Positions 48,264 through 58,046 of a stretch of 64,000 nt of DNA are shown here, piece after piece. The stretch spans positions 64,001 to 128,000 of the forward strand of contig JBHJGN010000019.1 in NCBI GenBank assembly GCA_050331735.1. Reading direction: 5' to 3'. Under the pieces are notes generated by a model. That model saw only the letters and a list, made by a program, of their open reading frames with translations, did not search any database and was not told the DNA's origin. Every line of letters starts with the position of its first letter. The first letter of the stretch is position 1. The DNA comes from Cyanophyceae cyanobacterium (GTDB lineage: Bacteria > Cyanobacteriota > Cyanobacteriia > Cyanobacteriales > JBHJGN01). A program made the translations under genes and the position numbers.

Positions 48264-49454
48264 GGAATCGTCAGCCCTTGCTGCCTTAATCAGACGCAGC
48301 TCGGCGATCGCCTCCTGAATGGGAACTAGCGGCCAGTGTTGCAGGTAGTAGTCTCGCTCCGGCTGCTGCTGGGCAATGTGCTCAACGAGCCAACCAAAAG
48401 TGGGAGACTGGGCGATCGCCTCCCGCAGCCAGTCTGTCGTAAGGCTTAACGCCTGAGCTAGAGGAGGGTGAACACTAGTGGTGTCGCGCCGCTGCCAGAG
48501 CAGGCGTAGCTGGCGACGCACCCAGTAGCGAGTTTCGACTAACGCCGCAGACTCCACCAGCATCGGCTGGTGCGCGTGACCCAAGCGGGCTAGCTGCGTC
48601 AATCGTCCAGCGAGTCCGTCTTGAATCCGCCCCACGACCCGAGCGCTGGTAATCACCTGTACATCGGGGCTATGGCGAAAACGAGCGTCTGCTCGGGTCA
48701 AAGCCTGATAGAAAGCGACATCTTCGGGAGTGCGGACTGACGGTAAGCCGCCAACCTGAGCGTATGTGGCAGCGGTCACGGCTAAGTTAGCGCCAAAGTG
48801 TTGATGGTGGCGGGGTATCGGATCGTAGGGAACGGGGTCGAGAATGGCCTCTAGCTGCGCTACCAGCGAGCGATAGCCAACGTAGCGCAGAAAGTAAAGT
48901 CGGGTCACGCGGTCGAGAGCCGCTCGTTCTCTGGGGTTGGTGAGAATGCGTCCTCCGACGGCATCAGCACCGCGCTGAATCTCTTGGAGAATGGTAGCAA
49001 TCCAGGTGGGCGTTACTTGAGTATCGCCATCGGTAGAGGCAATGATCCCCGGTGAATGCTTCTGGGCACGTCCTAATTGGGCCAAGCGGCGATAGGCTTC
49101 GTCCATGAGCCGCTTCCGCACCCAGCCGATGTAGGCATATTCTGCCTCAAGCATAACCTCCACAACGTGCAGGACTAAAGCAGAGCGACGGGCAAAGCGG
49201 CGCGCAATGGCTGCCGAATTGTCCGAGCAGTTGTTCGCTAAAACAATCACTTCGTAGCGATCGCGCTCCACGGAGTTGCCGTCTAAATCTACCTGTTCGG
49301 CCAGAGCGGTGAGAGTGGCTTCGAGGGTTTTGGCTTCATCCCGCACTGGCACAATCACACAAACCTCGCAATTCAGCGCCGGCGGCTGCTCGACCAGCGG
49401 GGGTTCCTTGCCGTTCAGCCGAGCCGCTGCTTCAGAACGAGCAATCTGTAGCAT
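48210..49454 (-). CDS. Glycosyltransferase family 2
   Basis: VIVPVRDEA, LANNCSDNS, IASTDGDT (DxD), HFGANLAV, VGGLP...EDVAF, TSAR. Confidence 0.9.
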   Translation of the reverse strand: MLQIARSEAAARLNGKEPPLVEQPPALNCEVCVIVPVRDEAKTLEATLTALAEQVDLDGNSVERDRYEVIVLANNCSDNSAAIARRFARRSALVLHVVEVMLEAEYAYIGWVRKRLMDEAYRRLAQLGRAQKHSPGIIASTDGDTQVTPTWIATILQEIQRGADAVGGRILTNPRERAALDRVTRLYFLRYVGYRSLVAQLEAILDPVPYDPIPRHHQHFGANLAVTAATYAQVGGLPSVRTPEDVAFYQALTRADARFRHSPDVQVITSARVVGRIQDGLAGRLTQLARLGHAHQPMLVESAALVETRYWVRRQLRLLWQRRDTTSVHPPLAQALSLTTDWLREAIAQSPTFGWLVEHIAQQQPERDYYLQHWPLVPIQEAIAELRLIKAARADDSLESLEQIKPILLVAPPI

Positions 49455-49686
49455 ACTGTGGTGCTGTTAAGGGGTAAGTCCCTAACATTGTGTCGGATGA
49501 ACAGTGTGCTTACCTTCCTCACTCGGAGAGATCTGCTGATATGTAGAAAAGTAGATGCGTTTTTTCTGCCTTTTCGCTAAGAATACTATTTAAAGCCCTA
49601 TTTCGCCTACCGCACTGACAAACTGATTGGGATCAAGTAGGGCGAAGAGGGTGAAGTTTGCTAACGGCGAGTGGCTAATCGCTGCT

Positions 49687-49911
49687 TCAAGAGCCTGCGG
49701 AACTAGAGCTAAGCAATTTCTTTAAGCGGAGATAGGCTTCTTCGGGCGTAAGTAGCTCGGTTTCTTCAGTAATGGGAATGAAGAACTGCCAGGAATCGGG
49801 ATAATGGTGAACCGTGAAGCTAGAAATCAGCCCTTGCTTCATGGCTTCTTTGGCCATTCTTTCTGCTTCTTCTGCTAGAGAAATCTCGTCGTGAAAGGAA
49901 GGCTTCGTCAT
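49687..49911 (-). CDS. Small hypothetical protein
   Basis: 74-aa ORF with AAGGA RBS-like sequence; HYPDSWQFFI, LTPEEAY. Confidence 0.65.
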   Translation of the reverse strand: MTKPSFHDEISLAEEAERMAKEAMKQGLISSFTVHHYPDSWQFFIPITEETELLTPEEAYLRLKKLLSSSSAGS

Positions 49912-49959
49912 CGAGTTGGTCCTTGATTAATCAGTGAACGTCAGCAGAGGCATGAGTAT

Positions 49960-50901
49960 TTACTGAGTGTTGCTAGCAGACAGTAGCGTTTGGAAACTCT
50001 GCCAATCTGGTAAGGATGATTGAGCTCCGCTTTTTGTTACCGCTAGCGCCCCCGCTACTGTTCCCCACTTTACCGCTTCGCGCACCGACTGACCAGAGAC
50101 TAAGGCGGCAGCCAAACCACCATTAAAGGCATCCCCCGCCGCAACAGTATCCACCACCTCCACCGCTAAAGCCGGGACGACAAACGCTTCGTGGGGCAGG
50201 GAACAATAGGCTCCTTGGCTGCCTAGGGTAATCATGACGTGGGTTACTCCCCGCTGATGTAAAACCTGGGCCGCTTGAGCCGCCGTAGCGGGTCCGTCAA
50301 CGGGAAAACCCACCAGTTGAGTCGCTTCAACTTCATTGGGGGTAATCAAATCGACGGACTCATAGAGTTCGTTGGGCAGCTCCCTGCAAGCCGGGGCTGG
50401 ATCGAGGATGACGTAGCTTCCGTAACGATGAGCCACCTGTGCCGCCTCCACGACAGCCGTAAGCGGAACGCCCAGCTCCAGCAGCGCCACGCTTTGTTGC
50501 CCCGCCGGAACTTGCCTCAGCAGCTTCTCAAACTGGGCTATGTCCTCCTCATTCACGCAGTTGTTCGCTCCAGCAGCACAGGCGATCGCATTATCTCCCG
50601 AGGCCTCAACCACAATGGTCGCTACTCCTGTATGGATGCTTCTGTTGACGCGCACGGCCTCGGTTCCTACTTGAGCTGCCCGTAACTGCTCGAGCAGCCA
50701 GCCACCAAACTGATCGTTCCCCACCTGAGCGACCAGCTCAACAGGAGTTCCAAGCTGAGCCACCGCAACGGCTTGATTGGCCCCTTTCCCGCCAGCCGCC
50801 TTGAAAAATCGGTTTCCAATAGCCGTTTCCCCTCTTCCGGGCAGGCGCGGCACCTGAACCACCAAATCGATATTGATACTGCCAAGAACAACAACCGACA
50901 C
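49960..50901 (-). CDS. rbsK: Ribokinase (PfkB family)
   Basis: LGSINIDL, GGKGANQAVA, ILDPAPA, TPNEVEA, DTVAAGDAF, GAQSSLP. Confidence 0.93.
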   Translation of the reverse strand: MSVVVLGSINIDLVVQVPRLPGRGETAIGNRFFKAAGGKGANQAVAVAQLGTPVELVAQVGNDQFGGWLLEQLRAAQVGTEAVRVNRSIHTGVATIVVEASGDNAIACAAGANNCVNEEDIAQFEKLLRQVPAGQQSVALLELGVPLTAVVEAAQVAHRYGSYVILDPAPACRELPNELYESVDLITPNEVEATQLVGFPVDGPATAAQAAQVLHQRGVTHVMITLGSQGAYCSLPHEAFVVPALAVEVVDTVAAGDAFNGGLAAALVSGQSVREAVKWGTVAGALAVTKSGAQSSLPDWQSFQTLLSASNTQ

Positions 50902-51415
50902 TTGCTTCAGTAACGCCTGCGGCCTGCTAAGAGCACAAACTGAAAATCCCTTTCTGCCCGTAGAAATTGTAACGAATCTTGAGTAGAGTCAGCATAAATG
51001 GAGATGGAATCTGGAGCGGGCCGTCATGAGGTTATACCAAATCCGGTTTAGATAACCCACTTAAACATTAGGCGAGGCAGGAGGCAGGAGGAAGATGGCA
51101 GGAGGGTTTGACAAGGAAGAAGGAAAGAGGTGTGAGATTCCCATTTGGTGTTAGTTCGCGTTTCCTCTTGCTCCCAAACTTCTGACCTGAACTGATGACA
51201 TCACTAATTTGGCGGACTTCTTTAGAGCAGCAACCCATGAGATATGTTAATGCTCTGCTACCTCAGACAGAGATAAGTCTTCAAGTCTCTTTCTACAATT
51301 TTGGCACAGGGACTAGCCAAGCTATATTGCTGTTGACAGCAGTAGTAGAATGAGCTTCTAAAACCTTGGTTGCGTTTTTAACTAGTTTTCCTCAGCGCCA
51401 AATAGTTAGTAGTTC

Positions 51416-52705
51416 ATGAACATTGCTCAATTTGAACGGCACTTTGAAGCCGTCCATCAAGGCTTACAGCTCCTTCACCAGCAGGTAGACGTTCCCTCAA
51501 AAGCATTGCCAGAAGGTCTCTCCGCCCTCTTGGCCACAATTGAGGAACTGCATGTCGCCGTAGAAGAAATTGAGGCGCAAAATCAGGAACTGACGGCGAC
51601 TCATCACGCTTTGATAGAAGAGCACCAGCGCTACCAAGAGTTGTTTGAAGAAGCCCCAGATGGATACTTAGAAACGAATAACCAAGGAACAATCCAGAGA
51701 GCCAATCGGGCGATCGCTACTTTGCTCAATGTTCCCCAGCAGGATTTAATTAGTAAACGGCTGACCGTTTTTGTCTCTTCCGCTGAGCGCCGTGCCTTTA
51801 ACCTCCAGTTATCTGCTTTAAGACAACAGCAGATTTTTGGCTGGGAAGTTAATCTGCAGCCACGAGAAGCTGACCCCATTCCGGTTGAGCTTTCCGTTTC
51901 TACCAAATACGGTCGGCAACAGATCCAGGGATGGCGATGGATCGTACGGGATCTAACCCAGCGTCGGCAAGCCGAAGCAACTCGGAGGCAGCTAGAAGCC
52001 CAAACCCAGCTTAGTGAGTTTAAAACCAGCTTACTCAATAGTATTTCCCATGAATTTCGGACTCCTCTGAACATCATTTCCATGTCGGTAAGTACCGTCG
52101 AGCGTTTTTTCCCGCTCTTGAAAGAGCAACAGAGGCAAGTGCTTTTTCGCCGGATGCGCATTGCAATAAAGTATATTACTCAGCTCCTCGAAGAAGTAGA
52201 ATTTTTGCATGAAGCCGAGCGTCTGAGCTACTCCTCTGCTACGATTGTTGAACTCGAGCCATTCTGCCACAATTTGATAGCCGACCTTCAAGAACTCTTT
52301 GGCACTAGTCATCGAATTAACCTCGAAGTTTGTAACGGTCGTGCTGTCTGTTTAAACACCAAACTACTTCAGCAGATTTTAAAGAACTTACTGTCCAACT
52401 CGCTGCGTTATTCCCCAGAAGGCAGTTTAATCGTCGTTACCGTCATTTGTGAAGCCGACAGCGTTAAATTTCAGGTTCAGGATCGCGGTATTGGGATTCC
52501 CGAAGAGGACCAAAGCCATATTTTTCAGCCATTCTATCGAGGCCAGAATGCCAACAAGGCACACACGATTTCTGGCACTGGTTTAGGCTTAGCAACTGTC
52601 AGCAAGGCCGTGGAATATAGCGGGGGAGCGATCACGTTTACGAGTGAAGAAGGCTTCGGCTCCACTTTTACCGTTACTCTTCCTCTAAAAATCTCTCTGC
52701 CGTGA
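51416..52705 (+). CDS. PAS-domain sensor histidine kinase
   Basis: Coiled coil EELHVAVEEI, PAS (FEEAPDGY), SHEFRTPLN, NLLSNSLRYS, DRGIGIP, GTGLGL. Confidence 0.92.
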   Translation: MNIAQFERHFEAVHQGLQLLHQQVDVPSKALPEGLSALLATIEELHVAVEEIEAQNQELTATHHALIEEHQRYQELFEEAPDGYLETNNQGTIQRANRAIATLLNVPQQDLISKRLTVFVSSAERRAFNLQLSALRQQQIFGWEVNLQPREADPIPVELSVSTKYGRQQIQGWRWIVRDLTQRRQAEATRRQLEAQTQLSEFKTSLLNSISHEFRTPLNIISMSVSTVERFFPLLKEQQRQVLFRRMRIAIKYITQLLEEVEFLHEAERLSYSSATIVELEPFCHNLIADLQELFGTSHRINLEVCNGRAVCLNTKLLQQILKNLLSNSLRYSPEGSLIVVTVICEADSVKFQVQDRGIGIPEEDQSHIFQPFYRGQNANKAHTISGTGLGLATVSKAVEYSGGAITFTSEEGFGSTFTVTLPLKISLP

Positions 52706-52706
52706 G

Positions 52707-52729
52707 GGAAGATGGCAGAGCCATCTTCC
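52707..52729. terminator. Hairpin between the convergent kinase and rpsF
   Basis: GGAAGATGGC-aga-GCCATCTTCC. Confidence 0.6.
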
Positions 52730-52735
52730 TTGCTG

Positions 52736-53074
52736 TTAGGATTCTGCTGACACTGGTTCGGCTTCCGGTTCGGCGGTCGTCTCGGGGTCTTTGAGCTTGA
52801 TCGTTAAATAGCGAAGAACTTCATCGCTTAGGCGCATGGCTCGCTCTAGAGGAGCAATCTGGCTGCCATCCCCGACGTAGTTAACCTGAATATAAATTCC
52901 ATCCTGATGCTTCTGAATTTCGTAGGCTAGTCGCCGTCGTCGCAGATTTTGGATTTGAATTTCTTGCGCTCCACGCTCGCTTAAGAGCTCTCGATAGCGC
53001 TCGATCTCTTGCTCAACCTGCTCCTCCGTTAAATCGGGGCGCAGAACATACATCATCTCGTAACGTCTACTCAT
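52736..53074 (-). CDS. rpsF: 30S ribosomal protein S6
   Basis: [36 protein letters not shown]. Confidence 0.96.
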   Translation of the reverse strand: MSRRYEMMYVLRPDLTEEQVEQEIERYRELLSERGAQEIQIQNLRRRRLAYEIQKHQDGIYIQVNYVGDGSQIAPLERAMRLSDEVLRYLTIKLKDPETTAEPEAEPVSAES

Positions 53075-53313
53075 TGTCTTCTCCTTATGGACAGATTGGC
53101 TTTCCCTTGGCTAGACAAAAAAATCAGGATTTGGTATTTACCAAGTAGGAAAGCAAGGACTTAAAATTGTACACCTAAAAACAGCGATCGGTGACCAGTG
53201 ACCAGTCAAGGTAGCTCAGCAACCGGACACTGACACTCGGTTACTCATCACAGACTAAGTACTGTTTAGAAACACTGATAACTAGTAACTGGTAACTGAT
53301 TCCCGATACAATT

Positions 53314-54117
53314 ATGGCGCAGCGCTACGTCCGAGTAAAAACGCTCCAAGGCCCTATTTATTACGGGCTTTTGCAGCTTAATCGCAGTATTGCCGTTTTC
53401 GATGCCCCGCCTTGGCTGGGCGGGCAACTCACCGAAATCACTCTCGATCCGGACGGCTACGAGCTGCTGTCTCCGTGTGCTCCTTCTAAAATTGTGGCCG
53501 TGGGCAAAAATTATCGCCAACACGCTGCCGAAATGGGAACTCCTGTTCCCACTGAGCCACTGCTGTTTCTCAAGCCTCCAACCACCGTGACGGCCAGTGG
53601 ACAACCCATTTACTATCCCAAGCAGTCTCAACGAGTAGACTACGAAGGGGAGCTGGCGCTGGTGATTGGCGAACGCACTCGCCAATGTACTCTGGAGCAG
53701 GCACACAACAAGATTTGGGGCTATACCATCGCCAATGACGTCACGGCACGGGATCTGCAAAAGCGAGACAATCAGTGGATCAGAGCCAAGGGCTTTGACA
53801 GCTTTTGTCCGCTTGGTCCGTGGATCGTCCGGGAAATGAGTACTGGGGCTAGGCTACAAACTTTTTTGAACGATGCCGAACGGCCAAATCAATCGGCCTT
53901 AATTAGCGAGATGGTCTTCTCACCTGCCTTTCTAGTATCCTACGTTTCCGAGATCATGACCCTGATACCGGGCGATGTCATCTTGACAGGAACGCCTCAA
54001 GGAGTGGGACCGCTGCAGGCAGGCGATCACGTACGCATCGCCATTGAAGGCATCGGCGAGCTTGAAAACTATGTCGTGGCTCAAGTCGAACCAGAATTAA
54101 GAGCGATCTCGCCGTGA
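53314..54117 (+). CDS. Fumarylacetoacetate hydrolase family protein
   Basis: PSKIVAVGKNY..H, FLKP, DYEGELA, NDVTARDLQ, AKGFDSFCPLGP, GDVILTGTP. Confidence 0.93.
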   Translation: MAQRYVRVKTLQGPIYYGLLQLNRSIAVFDAPPWLGGQLTEITLDPDGYELLSPCAPSKIVAVGKNYRQHAAEMGTPVPTEPLLFLKPPTTVTASGQPIYYPKQSQRVDYEGELALVIGERTRQCTLEQAHNKIWGYTIANDVTARDLQKRDNQWIRAKGFDSFCPLGPWIVREMSTGARLQTFLNDAERPNQSALISEMVFSPAFLVSYVSEIMTLIPGDVILTGTPQGVGPLQAGDHVRIAIEGIGELENYVVAQVEPELRAISP

Positions 54118-54123
54118 GATCGA

Positions 54124-54597
54124 TTAACGAACTTGAGAATAAACCGCCTCAGAAATCGTCGGGATTTCTGCAAAGCGACCGAGGGCTGATTGGATAATGG
54201 AATAGAAGCACGTCACTAACGTTCCCAAAAAGACAACGTTGTAGAGAGTTTCTGTGAGCAGATTAACGCCAAGCCCCCGCCCTAAAATCTGCAGCAGAAA
54301 ATCGCACAGCACCAGCAAAATGTCAATCAGAATGGCCTGCATGGTGTTGAAGCGAATAAAGTAGCTGATTCTTTCGTTTCTGACGACTGCCAGAAACAGC
54401 ACAAAGAAGATAATAATGCCCGCAAAGGGAAATTGGTAAATAGTAATCAAAGGTGCCAGGGGCACATAAATGATGCCCAAAGCCGGGAACTGCCTCAGCA
54501 AAAATTGGCCGAAAGGCAATACGTAAATCAGCGGTAGCGCATAGACTAGTGCACCGAAGATCCGGTCTTTAACATCCGTAGACCCACGCCAAGTCAT
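54124..54597 (-). CDS. Tic20/Ycf60 family membrane protein
   Basis: MTWRGS..DRIF..LVYALPL, VVRNERISYFIRFNTMQAILID, AEIPTISEAVYSQV; ATG 54597. Confidence 0.9.
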   Translation of the reverse strand: MTWRGSTDVKDRIFGALVYALPLIYVLPFGQFLLRQFPALGIIYVPLAPLITIYQFPFAGIIIFFVLFLAVVRNERISYFIRFNTMQAILIDILLVLCDFLLQILGRGLGVNLLTETLYNVVFLGTLVTCFYSIIQSALGRFAEIPTISEAVYSQVR

Positions 54598-54703
54598 AGT
54601 TTTTCTCCTGCTGTCCTCAAGCCTGTTAAAACCACAATAACGCATTCAGCTCTTGAAGCCTGCCTTCTTCAAGACCGTATTTGCCGTACCTTGAGCTAAG
54701 ATT

Positions 54704-54904
54704 TTAGGATGGCTTAACGTCGGCGATCAAAAAGCCCATCTGACATTCGTATAGGGGCGGTTGTTCTTCAGATTTGCAGAGCTCCTGACCACAGCCTAGC
54801 TTTCCCTGATGCCAGCGCGGATATCCGCGGCGATCGGCGAGTAAGCAGCCTTGACAAATTTGCTGAGGAGAAAGAATTTGTTCTTCTGTCAGAATAACCA
54901 GCAT
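54704..54904 (-). CDS. Small Cys-containing hypothetical protein
   Basis: 66 aa, CQGC...C...YECQMGF; possible metal binding. Confidence 0.65.
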   Translation of the reverse strand: MLVILTEEQILSPQQICQGCLLADRRGYPRWHQGKLGCGQELCKSEEQPPLYECQMGFLIADVKPS

Positions 54905-55087
54905 GGCATCTTTTTAGGCGGTATCGCGAATGGCTTTTAAATCATTGTAATTAGAGTCGCTGACGCAGACAGATAATTGCTACATAGCTTAACCAAGGAA
55001 AAATTTAGCTCCAGCCAAAAATATAGGAGAACTCTTGTTAATTAGAATAGATTTGAGAATCTCATGATTAATCATCGAATAATTTAG

Positions 55088-56374
55088 GTGACAAACGTGA
55101 CCGAAACTGATTTAATGCTTGCTCAAAGCGATCCAGAAGTTGCAGAAATTCTTCAGCTCGAACTCCAGCGTCAGCGGGATCATCTGGAGCTGATCGCGAG
55201 TGAAAACTTTACTTCGCCTGCGGTGCTGGCAGCACAAGGTTCAACGCTAACCAACAAATACGCCGAAGGATTGCCAGGAAAGCGCTACTATGGCGGCTGT
55301 GAATTTATCGACCGCGTAGAGAAATTGGCGATCGCTCGCGCTCAAAAGCTGTTTGGAGCGGATTTCGCCAACGTTCAGCCCCATTCTGGTGCTCAGGCTA
55401 ACTTTGCCGTCTTCCTGGCTTTGCTGGAGCCAGGAGACAAAATTATGGGCATGGATTTATCCCACGGCGGACACCTCACTCACGGTTCTCCTGTCAACGT
55501 TTCCGGTAAGTGGTTTAAAACGTGTCACTACGGCGTCAACACCGATGGCTGGCTCGACTACGACCAGATTCGGGAACTGGCGCTTAAAGAGCGACCGAAG
55601 CTGATTATCTGTGGCTATTCGGCGTATCCTCGCGTGATTCACTTCGACAAGTTTCGCGCCATTGCCGACGAGGTGGGGGCTTATTTATTGGCGGACATCG
55701 CCCACATTGCAGGACTGGTGGCCACAGGTCATCATCCAAATCCAGTGCCCGACTGCGATGTGGTCACGACAACTACCCACAAAACCCTGCGCGGTCCCCG
55801 AGGGGGCTTAATTCTCAGTCGAGATACCGAATTGGGTAAAAAGCTCAACAAGAGCGTATTTCCCGGTACTCAGGGGGGACCGCTAGAGCACGTGATTGCG
55901 GCAAAAGCCGTTGCCTTTGGCGAAGCCCTCCAGCCAGAGTTTAAAACCTATTCTGGCAACGTCATTGCCAATGCCCAAGCGTTAGCCAAGGGATTAAGGT
56001 CGCGCGACTTTACCCTCGTTTCCGACGGCACCGACAATCATCTGCTGCTGGTGGATTTACGCTGCATCAGCATGACCGGCAAGCAAGCCGACAAGCTGGT
56101 TAGCGAAGTTAACATTACGGCTAACAAAAATACAGTGCCGTTCGATCCCGAATCTCCCTTTGTCACTAGCGGACTGAGACTCGGTTCGCCAGCGCTGACC
56201 ACCAGAGGAATGGGCCCCGCAGAATTTACCGAAATTGCCAATATCCTCGCTGAGCGCCTGCTGCATCCCGACGATGAAACGGTTAAGCGAGACTGCCTGC
56301 ACCGAGTTCAGTCTTTATGCGATCGCTTTCCCCTCTATCCGCACCTCGGCACTCCTGTGCCAGTGCTGGCATAA
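55088..56374 (+). CDS. glyA: Serine hydroxymethyltransferase
   Basis: [36 protein letters not shown]. Confidence 0.97.
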   Translation: MTNVTETDLMLAQSDPEVAEILQLELQRQRDHLELIASENFTSPAVLAAQGSTLTNKYAEGLPGKRYYGGCEFIDRVEKLAIARAQKLFGADFANVQPHSGAQANFAVFLALLEPGDKIMGMDLSHGGHLTHGSPVNVSGKWFKTCHYGVNTDGWLDYDQIRELALKERPKLIICGYSAYPRVIHFDKFRAIADEVGAYLLADIAHIAGLVATGHHPNPVPDCDVVTTTTHKTLRGPRGGLILSRDTELGKKLNKSVFPGTQGGPLEHVIAAKAVAFGEALQPEFKTYSGNVIANAQALAKGLRSRDFTLVSDGTDNHLLLVDLRCISMTGKQADKLVSEVNITANKNTVPFDPESPFVTSGLRLGSPALTTRGMGPAEFTEIANILAERLLHPDDETVKRDCLHRVQSLCDRFPLYPHLGTPVPVLA

Positions 56375-56388
56375 CGAAAGCAAGAAAA

Positions 56389-56520
56389 GCGCCCTAGGCG
56401 CGAGGGAAGGGGGCAAGTTGCTCCGCAACGGGAAAAGGGCAAGGGGGAAGGGGGAAAGGGGGAATAAATTAGCTTGTTCCTTCATTAAGTGTTCTTTCCC
56501 CGTCCCGGAGGGACATTTCT
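56389..56520 (+). repeat. ~130-bp composite repeat, inverted partner of 57895-57995
   Basis: Hairpins at 56389, 56417, 56502; core ggaataaattagcttgttccttcattaagtgttctttcccc. Confidence 0.85.
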
Positions 56521-56793
56521 CTCTGCTTCAGCTCGAAAAATTTTGAGTTCAACTGCCTCATTTTTCGCAACATGGGTTACTCTCTTAATCAGTTACCAGT
56601 GATTAGTGACTAGTCACCAATTATCGATGCTGAGTGTGAGAGGATAATGCTTAGTCAGTTACCGCTTCCCTGGGTCCAGGGTTACTATCTAATTGGCTCA
56701 CTGATCAAGCAGCGCACCAACGATGGACCGCTCTATCACCGATTGTCAGGATCACTGCTCACTGTAAAACGCCGTTATTGACTTTCCTTTCAG

Positions 56794-57840
56794 ATGCCTG
56801 TTGAGCTGTACCATCTGATTGCTTTCTTGGTTTCCGTAACCGTTGTGTTGTGGAGTATTCCAGATGTCAAAAATATTGGTCTGAAATTTGGCATTGTCGA
56901 TCAACCAAACATTCGGAAAATCCACAAACAGCCAGTGGTAAGAGTAGGCGGAGTTTCCATCTTTGCCGGAACGCTTGCTGCTTTGCTGATCGTCTGGAGA
57001 TTGGGGGGCTTCTCTGTGGTAGCTCCTCATGAAGTCGCAGAAGTTTGGGGAGTTATTTTGGGCGGCATCGCTTTTTTTGCCATTGGTTTCACCGACGACA
57101 TTTTTGATTTGAGCGCTCTGTTGCGGCTCGTCATGCAGTTTGCGGTGGCGATCTCCTGCTGGTTTGTTGGAGTCCGCATCGAATTTCTCTCGGTTCCCTT
57201 CGACGGTCTGATTCAGGTGGGATGGCTGAGTTTACCAATCACGGTGGTTTGGCTGGTGGGCATGGCCAATGCCGTTAACATGATTGATGGCGTAGACGGG
57301 TTAGCGGCTGGAGTCTGTGGCATTGCGGCTGTCGTCATGCTCATTGTCAGCTTATTTATGCATCAGCCTGCTGCTTCTCTAATTGCGGCAGCCCTCGCCG
57401 GAGGGGCACTGGGATTTTTACGCTATAACTTCAATCCGGCGCAAATTTTTATGGGAGATGGGGGAGCCTATTTTATGGGCTTTACGCTGGCTGGAGTTGG
57501 CATTATTGGCCTAGTTAAAGCTGCCGCCGTCACGGCGGTGTTTCTCCCCTATTTAATCTTGGCAGTGCCCATTTTAGATATCTCCACCGTTGTGATCTCT
57601 CGCCTCCGCAAGGGGCAATCTCCGTTTGCAGCCGATAAAAGCCATCTTCATCATTGGTTGCTCGAGGCAGGCATTTCACAGCGGTTGACGGTGCTGTTTC
57701 TCTACGCCCTTACCCTGTGGGTCGGCAGTTTAGCGCTTGGTTTTTCCAACATTCCTAGCGGCTGGGGATACGCAGTCGGGGCAACAATGCTGCTTGCTTA
57801 TGTTGGGTGGCAGGTTTGGCGCAGTACGCGGAGGAAGTAA
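56794..57840 (+). CDS. MraY/WecA (glycosyltransferase family 4) undecaprenyl-phosphate GlcNAc-1-phosphate transferase
   Basis: RKIHKQP, GFTDD, NAVNMIDGVDGLA, YNFNPAQIFMGDGG, SPFAADKSHLHH. Confidence 0.92.
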   Translation: MPVELYHLIAFLVSVTVVLWSIPDVKNIGLKFGIVDQPNIRKIHKQPVVRVGGVSIFAGTLAALLIVWRLGGFSVVAPHEVAEVWGVILGGIAFFAIGFTDDIFDLSALLRLVMQFAVAISCWFVGVRIEFLSVPFDGLIQVGWLSLPITVVWLVGMANAVNMIDGVDGLAAGVCGIAAVVMLIVSLFMHQPAASLIAAALAGGALGFLRYNFNPAQIFMGDGGAYFMGFTLAGVGIIGLVKAAAVTAVFLPYLILAVPILDISTVVISRLRKGQSPFAADKSHLHHWLLEAGISQRLTVLFLYALTLWVGSLALGFSNIPSGWGYAVGATMLLAYVGWQVWRSTRRK

Positions 57841-57843
57841 GAT

Positions 57844-58000
57844 GTCCCTATGGGACGGGGAAATCGCTTCGCGATGGGGAAAGGGGAAGGGGAACACTGT
57901 TCCTCCAGAACGGGGAAAGACTACTTAATTAAAGAACAAGCTGATTTATTCCCCCTTTCCCCCTTCCCCTTTGCCCTTTTCCCGCGCTGTGGCGCTTCCC
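57844..58000. repeat. Composite repeat with 13-nt hairpins; its 3' part is an inverted copy of 56430-56515
   Basis: GTCCC-tat-GGGAC 57844, ATCGC-ttc-GCGAT 57863; cggggaaagactacttaattaaagaacaagctgatttattccccc. Confidence 0.85.
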
Positions 58001-58046
58001 CCATCTACCAACCTGTATAGCAGCTAAACAAGGAAGATTATTAATC

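Noticed and set aside
51035..53137. ATACCAAATCC / GGATTTGGTAT inverted 11-mers as transposon ends
   Set aside because: They would enclose the essential rpsF gene, no transposase is present and the match is short; more likely separate repeat remnants.
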